Source: Azolla caroliniana (Eukaryota > Plantae > Polypodiophyta). Taken from it: a DNA stretch of 64,000 bases. Every line of letters begins with the position of its first letter. Positions within the stretch are counted from its first letter, which is position 1. The DNA is taken from the NCBI GenBank assembly GCA_043228905.1, contig JBHGNT010000012.1:15872001-15936000 (forward strand), read 5' to 3'. The position numbers and the translations under genes are program-made. Below are positions 57,200 through 64,000 of the stretch, piece by piece. The notes under the pieces are model-generated. The model did no database searches. It was not told the origin of the DNA and was given only the letters and a program-made list of their open reading frames with translations.

Positions 57200-60100
57200 C
57201 CCGGCTTTGTCCTGTCCGGAGGAGAACGGATTAGGTGGCGCAGGTCCTAGGTAATGTTTAAGGTGAAACCCATTCACCTTTTGTCGTAACACTTCCCCGG
57301 CCAAAGTGCCAAGTTGAAACGTGCCTTGTTCCGCTCCCACTATCCAGTACGGGCTTGTACCGCTTTCCCAACCATAAAATCCTTTTCACGCGCATGCCAA
57401 TGTCGGTCCACGAATGCTTTGTGCCGCCGTTGTTCTTGCTCCAATATGGCAATACTGTGTAACCTTGTTTCGCCTGGTTCTAGTAGTTGTTATAGCCGTA
57501 TTTGTTCGGATTTGCCCTCTGGCAGCCGGGCTCGTACTTGAATCTACAGACTAGATACCTGGAATTTGACAGGCATCACGGCCTCCAGCCGATATGCTAG
57601 CATGAAAGGTGTGGATTGTATGTTGGTTTTATTGCTGGTTCGATACGCCCATAACGCACTATGCAATTTGGTATCCCAATCTATTCTGTTCTCATTGACT
57701 ATCTTTTTTAGGATAGTTTGTAATGTTTTGTTCCTCAATTCGGCTAAGACATTTGCCTATGGGTAATACGACATACTCTTTTTGTGAACCACAGCGTAGT
57801 GTTGGGTCAGCTCGCTAATGACTGTATTCAAAAAGTGACTCCCTTGGTCACTAATGAGATCGATAGGGCAGCCGAAATGACACCAGATATGTTCGTAAAG
57901 GAATTTTGCCGTGACTGCCGTGGTATTTTCGCGTAGTGGTTTCACTTCTACCCACTTGGTGCAGTAATCTATAGCTACCGGGATATACTTATTGCATGTT
58001 TGAGCAACCGTTGGGGTAAAGGGTCCCACAAAATCCAACCCCCACTTTTGGAAACGATCCAATGGCAACACCGGTTGATGTGGCATTCTCGTGACCTCCG
58101 TGGGCTGGCCTAGCCGTTGGCATAAATTGCATTGTTTGCAATATTCATACGTATCCTTTTGCGTAGTCGGCCACCAAAGTCCTACTTGCCAAATTTTCCG
58201 GGCCGTAACATCGCCCGAGTAATGTCCTCCCGCCGTACCACAGTGGGCTTCTCGTAAAACCGCAACCTTCTCATCCTGCCATATTCCGCGCCTCCAGATG
58301 CCGTCATTGCCTTTCTGATATAGGACATCGTCGACTAAACATAAATTATGACTCCGTACGGCTAGCCGTTTTTTCTTGTTCGTCCTTAATTGGGGTGGCG
58401 GTAACCCCGTGGTCAGAAAGTAGGTCATTTCCATCAACCATTGATCCGGAAAAGTCTTTTCTTTTCTTTCTGCTAAAGTTGCTATACGCACAATGTCCGC
58501 ATCCGGAAAGTCGTCGTCATCTTTTTGTGCCATTGCTCCATTATCTAGTTTGTTCAAGAAATCCACCACCACATGTTGCATCCCCGGTCAGTGCTGAATT
58601 ACAAAGTCAAATTCTTGGAGCAACAACATCCATCTGGCCAATTTTTCCGTCAGTGCATGTTTTCGCACCAGATATAGCAATGCCGTATGATCCACGTGAA
58701 ACGTGAATTTCTGCCCTAGTAGATAGTGCCGGAATTTATTGATGTTGTATATCATACCCAACACTTCACGTTCCATTGTCGAATAGTTACGCTCAACTTC
58801 CTTGATAGTTTCCGACTAGCGTAGTACACTGGTTGGTACCAATTTGGCTCTGTGAGCAACATTAACGCACTACCTATTGTTATATCTAAGGCATCCATGA
58901 ACACGTGAAATGGTTTTGCCCAAACTGGTGGCTATACGACTGGTGCTTGTGTTAGCATTATTTTTAGCGCATCATACGCCTTCTCTTTCGTTACTGTCCA
59001 TTTGAAAGGAGTACGATGAACGGCAGCATGCAGTGGTGAAGCGAAATCCGCCAAATAGCGTATCATCCGGTTGTGCCATCGTATTTGTCCCAAAAACCAG
59101 CTAAGTGCTTTCGCATTTGTCGGTGTTTTTGCATGAGTAATCGCGGAGATTTTTTTCGGATCGACTATTATCCCCTCCTTACTAACTAGGTGGCCGAGGA
59201 GGGCCCCACTAGTGACGCCGAAGGCGCATTTGGCGGGATTCAGGCTTAAGCGTGTAGTTCAACAATGCTCCAGGAAAAGCTGTAGATGCGTAAAATGTTC
59301 AGCTACTATCCCATATACCGCAAAATCGTCTAAAAAGACCTGCTTGAAGGTAGGTATATATCCGTGACAAACGCCATCTTGGTCATTAGGGTGCATGCGT
59401 ACTTGATTGTACCCACTGAAGCCATCTAGAAAGTTGTACATGTCATCCCTGCGATGACATCCAGTACGTTGTCGGTGAAAGGTAAAGGGAACAAGTCCGT
59501 AATGGTGACGACGTTCAATTTTCGATAGTCCACGCACACACGTAGTTTGTCATTTTTCTTTGGTATGACTACTATCAGGCTTAGCCATGTGTCTTGTTTG
59601 ATTGGTCGAATGAATTCGGCCTTGAGGAGTTTGCCAATATCCTCTTTTATGCGAGCCGCGTAATTTGGGTTCATGTGGTATCGACGTTGCTGGACCGGTT
59701 TCAAATCGGTCGCTAAATTGATCTTATGTTGATAGAACTTTGAATCTAATCCCTTCATATCCTCGTGGGACCTAGCGCACACATCTTTATACTTCCTGAG
59801 TAGTGTAATCATCGCGTCTCTCTGATCCGGCAATAATTCTTTTGCAATGGAGAGGAATTGGGGGTCTAATGTTGTACCCATGTTTACTTCTTCTAGGGTT
59901 GAGGCAGTGACTCGTCGTGAAATTTCCATTTCTTGCTCGAACGCCACCCGTGCTTTGCTTAATTCTAATACTGAGTCTAGGTCTAGATCGTAAGCCTCAT
60001 CGTGGAGCGCAATGGGCATGGCGTATTTCGCCGCGGTTTCTATGACATCGATTTCGAATAACAGAATGATTTGGGGGTGCTCATCGAGGTATACTTCTAA

Positions 60101-62113
60101 TTCTGTATCATCCACCCCAACTAGCATATTTATATCTTCCGCGTATAACGGTGTTATGCCCTTGGGTTGTGCCACCATTTCCTCTATTGGTACGCAAACC
60201 TTAGTGCGTCCGCGTCGAAAGCTGATGCACTTATGTTGCCAGCTCTGTTTGATATTCGCTAAATGAAGCCACGGTCTGGCAAGCGGCATAGGATACGTCG
60301 AGGGCGAGGACTACCACTAAGACGTCGAAGCGATGTCCGCCAACGATAATGCCTCACTTGCGTATTAAGCCTAAAGGCCGTACTGAGCGGGTATTCGCCA
60401 TGCGAAGCCAAAACGGGCAAGCTTCCCATTCTGAAATTCCCAATTGTTCGCATGTCTTCGCACTAATTACATTGACGCCAGAGCCGCCATCGATTACGCA
60501 TCCTGTGATTTCCTAACCGTGCAATAACAACTTAATAGCCGGATTATGGTGATCCACCACAGTTGGTCCGGCGCTGGTGTCTGTAGAGTTGGCGGAGATG
60601 CTTACCCCAGGTCTGCCTGTTATGCGATCCTCCACGACCTGGCAGAACAATGGGACTAGTTGAAGTAGCTTCTCCATGGTCAGTGTTATCTCGCAACCTG
60701 TCAGTGCTTGCCATATGGGATCCGGAGATATCACATCTTCCTCCAAAAGCCCCACATTGTTCGTGGACTCCTCCCGCATCTGTTCCGTATTTGCCGTTTT
60801 CGCTTTTTCGACCCATGCTTGGGCCCTCTGACGTATCTCATCTTGCGTGGCCCAATCAAGCTTTTTTGTTTGTTGTCTTGTCGTGACTTGTTGAACTTCC
60901 GCCATAATCATATTGACGGTGGGCCCCTTGCCCTTACGTAGTGGACATTGCGTGGCATAATGTTTGGGTTGTCTGCAAACGAAACAATGGACGCTAGATT
61001 CGCCTTTCTCGGTAGCTGGTGGCGTGTTCCGATCCCCAGGTGTGACTTGCTCCTCCCTGTCTTGGTTCGTTCTTCTGAGCGTTCACGGTGGTTGTTGTTG
61101 GTCCTGGCGCGGCTCCTAGTGCCGGTCATCGTCTGAATTTTCGTCGTACCGTCGTTGGTCTCGATACTAACGATGTTTCCTGCAAGGCCCATTGAAGTCG
61201 CCACGTTTGTTTGTCGGATGATAATTTTCTTGGCGTCGGCCTCCTTTATTATATCTGTGGTTGCCTTGGTAGTCTTCGTCCTCTGGCTCTTCTTCCTCGG
61301 AATCGTTGTTATTCTGGCGATTTCGTAGTGCCGGTCATCGTGTGGGTTCCGATTTGTATACTGGGGTCGTTCTTCTTGGTGCCTTTGCTCATTACGGTGA
61401 GGTGGGCACTGCGTTTCCATGCTTCGTACTGTGGGCATGGATCTGTTCAACATATTGTACTCACACTACTCAACCGTGTGTGCTTTCGAGTGACAAATTG
61501 GGCAATGGATTCGCATGTTGCATTACACTACGGAATGCCCAGAATTGAGGCAAATCGTGCATTAGATTGCCTGGCGAAAATGTCGTTCCTCATCTTGAGC
61601 TAATGCTTGTTGTAATGAGGACATGGAAAACCTTTCCTCTTCTTCGTCCAGCTCGAGTTCTAGGGCTCGTTCTATGACCATATCGGTTGTTTCTCCTTTC
61701 ACGCTATTGTTGTTGAACGTCGTCCGTATCGGTCTTCGTAAAGCTGCTAGAAATGTCTCCCGACACCATAGATTTTAGAAGCGTACATTGAAATTTTCTA
61801 CATCCTCGGCCGACAACTATTTAATTGTATAAAACTGCCCGAGGATTTCGTGTTATGGCACCCTCTGATGAAAGAAATGCAGAAAGGCCGACTGCAGCTA
61901 GTCCAAGGTCGTGATTGCTGGCAGATCCATCTGCAAATGCCAAAATGCCACTCTCCCATCCAGGGTTAATCCGAACTCTATCATTTTGGATTGGTGCGCT
62001 ACTTTTTCGGGAAGTCTCTACGCCATGTGATTTGCATTCCAAACATTCAGGAACAGGCAAATGTGGGTTGCGGCATTGGTTTCGCCATTGAAGCGGGGAT
62101 AAGAGAAGGCCAT
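57200..62113 (-). pseudogene. pol: Athila-like gag-pol, broken
   Basis: gag MAFSYPRFNGE from 62113, IDGGSG protease, VCVDYRKLN, FLDDF, RH and integrase KWGLDFVGP motifs. Confidence 0.9.
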
Positions 62114-62508
62114 GTTGGACGCTACAACAAGCAGGGAAAGACCACAGTGCTTCTGTGGTGAGCACAGTTCTTGCTTGTCGCCGGGGTATTTTGTGAGCGG
62201 GAAAACTTCTTTGTGGTCCTGACAAGTATCACTGAGGTCACTGAGGCGAGGTTTTTGCCATGCACGTTCCTCACCCCGGCGTGTGATGGGCTTTGTGATT
62301 GGTCAGTCTTGTCGTGTTGGTTCTCTGGGATGTCTGCGGTTAAACATCCATTCGTCGTTGTTCGTCTGTGAGAAGACACATATCACCAAGCGTGCCAAAA
62401 CTGTTACCGATTAGGAACACAGTCTACGGTCAGTCCTTCGACCTAGACCTCAAAGTGACGGTGTTGCAACAAATGGTACCTCCCCATATCCTAGTAGCGT
62501 ATAAGGGG

Positions 62509-64000
62509 CTGAAGCAAGCCCCGCGTGCCTGGAACGCAAAGATCACGCAGCAACTGCGTCGGATGGGCTTTGCAACGTCAAAATCGGACTCTTCCCTGTT
62601 CATCCGGAAAGGTGAACTCGGTTCGGTCAGTATTTTACTGTATGTTGATGACTTGGTCATCACCGGTGTCGACCTAGGTGAAATCGAACGCGTGAAGCTC
62701 TAGCTTGCGGCATCGTTTGACATGAAGGATCTTGGGGATCTTCATTACTTCCTCGGAATCCAAGTGATATGTACCCCCGAAGGCATATTGATCAGCCAAC
62801 GCCATTATGTGTTGAGTATGCTCTTCAAATTTGGGATGGCCGACTGTAAGTCCGTCTCGACTCCTCTGGATAGAACCATTAAGCTTCGCCCCAATTCCGG
62901 AAAGGTATGCGACCCGACGAGGTTCCGACAAATTGTCGGAAGCCTTATCTACTTGACAATCACCTAACCCGATCTCAGTTATCCGGTCGGGGTGATCAGT
63001 CAGTTCATGGCGCGACCTACCGAGGAGCACCTTCAGTGTGCGCAATGCGTACTGCAGTACGTAAGCGGCACTAAGGACCAGGGACTCCTATATCGGACCG
63101 GTACAACCTCGCAGTTGGTCGGCTACATCGATGTTGATTGGGCTGGCAACGCCACCGATCGCTGATCCATGTCCGGATACGCGTTCTCTCTTGGGAGTGC
63201 CGTGATAGCGTGGAGCAGTAAGAAGCAGCCGAAAGTTGCACTGTCGAGCACCAAAGTTGAGTATCGAGGAGCGGCTGTCGCGACATGCGAAGCCATATGG
63301 TTGAAGCGGCTACTTAAGGACATGCAAGAGGAGGTGTGTGATCCGACGACGACCTATTGCGACAACCTCCGTAGCATCCAGCTTGCGAAGAACCCTATTT
63401 TCCACACACGGACCAATCACATTGAGGTGCACTACCATTTTGTCCGTGAGTGTGTCCTTTCTGGTGAAGTCGAACTTCAGTATGTTCCGACGGATAGACA
63501 AACTGCCGACATCTTCACCAAGCCCCTTGGTCTGGACAAGTTGTGGTAGTTCTCGGGTGCGCTTGGGTTGCATCACCTTGACGTGCCAAACTTGAGGGGG
63601 AGAACAGTCTCGAAAGACCGAGCAAGGGAGTAGGAAGAGAGCGGAAGAGCCCGTGACACCGAGTTGGATGAAGAATTCGACTTCGGATCAACTGAAGAAG
63701 TTGAGGGCGGATCCTCGGAAGAGTCCAAAAGTGGACATAAGGGGCGCAGGCGAAAGAAAGAGCCGAAGCCAACCAAGCATGGGGGAGATGACATCGTCAA
63801 GGGCGAGAAGACCGAAGACGAGTTGGAGACAGCCAACTAGGATGAGAGCGAAAACCGATCGGAGGTAGCCGAGTCGGTTCGGATGTTTGATTCGGATACA
63901 CTGAATGAACCGAGGGCCAAGCAGAAAAGAAGGAAACAGGAGAAGCGCCAACACCACGACAGCAAGGAAGCTGTGAAGGGCCGTGGGAGGAGACAAGCTG
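62509..64000 (+). mobile_element. Copia C4 fragment: RT-RNase H and charged tail
   Basis: GLKQAPRAW, LYVDD and ALSSTKVEY motifs. Homologous to 37000-38290 and runs off the window. Confidence 0.9.

Larger units (their letters stand above)
53677..62508 (-). mobile_element. Athila-like (non-chromovirus) Gypsy with extra 3' ORF; 5' LTR truncated
   Basis: LTR 53677-54175 and a partial copy at 62402-62508, PBS TGGCACGCTTGGTG (tRNA-Arg-like), PPT AAGGGGTGGG, and gag-PR-RT-RH-IN on the minus strand. Confidence 0.88.

Noticed and set aside
61865-61890. hammerhead ribozyme core CTGATGA...GAAA
   Set aside because: No pairing for stem II, and it is the antisense strand of gag coding sequence.
1-64000. 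prokaryotic defence or retron-type system
   Set aside because: All RT, nuclease and integrase motifs belong to LTR or LINE retrotransposons, and there is no operon-like structure.

Overview
This window is eukaryotic, gene-free, retroelement-saturated DNA, most likely from a land plant. The Tcn1-like chromovirus and RTEX-like LINEs suggest a seed-free lineage (inference). I see no host gene, true tRNA/rRNA gene or CRISPR array. It is a nest of about 17 insertions, up to four layers deep: several decayed Ty1/Copia copies from two broad groups (A/B/C-type and D/E/F/G-type, with tRNA-iMet-type PBSs where the 5' end survives), two tRNA-Trp-primed Gypsy-type elements, a very young non-autonomous Gypsy whose single ORF keeps a catalytically gutted RT (2893-6830), a young chromovirus with a Tf1-type self-priming site and a candidate -1 frameshift (12864-18564), an Athila-like Gypsy with a long extra ORF (53677-62508), and two head-to-tail LINEs (25742-45735). 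The most notable signals are antisense tRNA-like A-box/B-box modules in the LTRs of two unrelated Gypsy families, a self-priming PBS whose primer is half of a palindrome, a Copia group whose pol runs through the ancestral PPT into a charged tail, and a covarying 3' hairpin shared by two LINEs. Coordinates were read by eye and may be off by a few bases. Family assignments come from motif recognition, not database searches.
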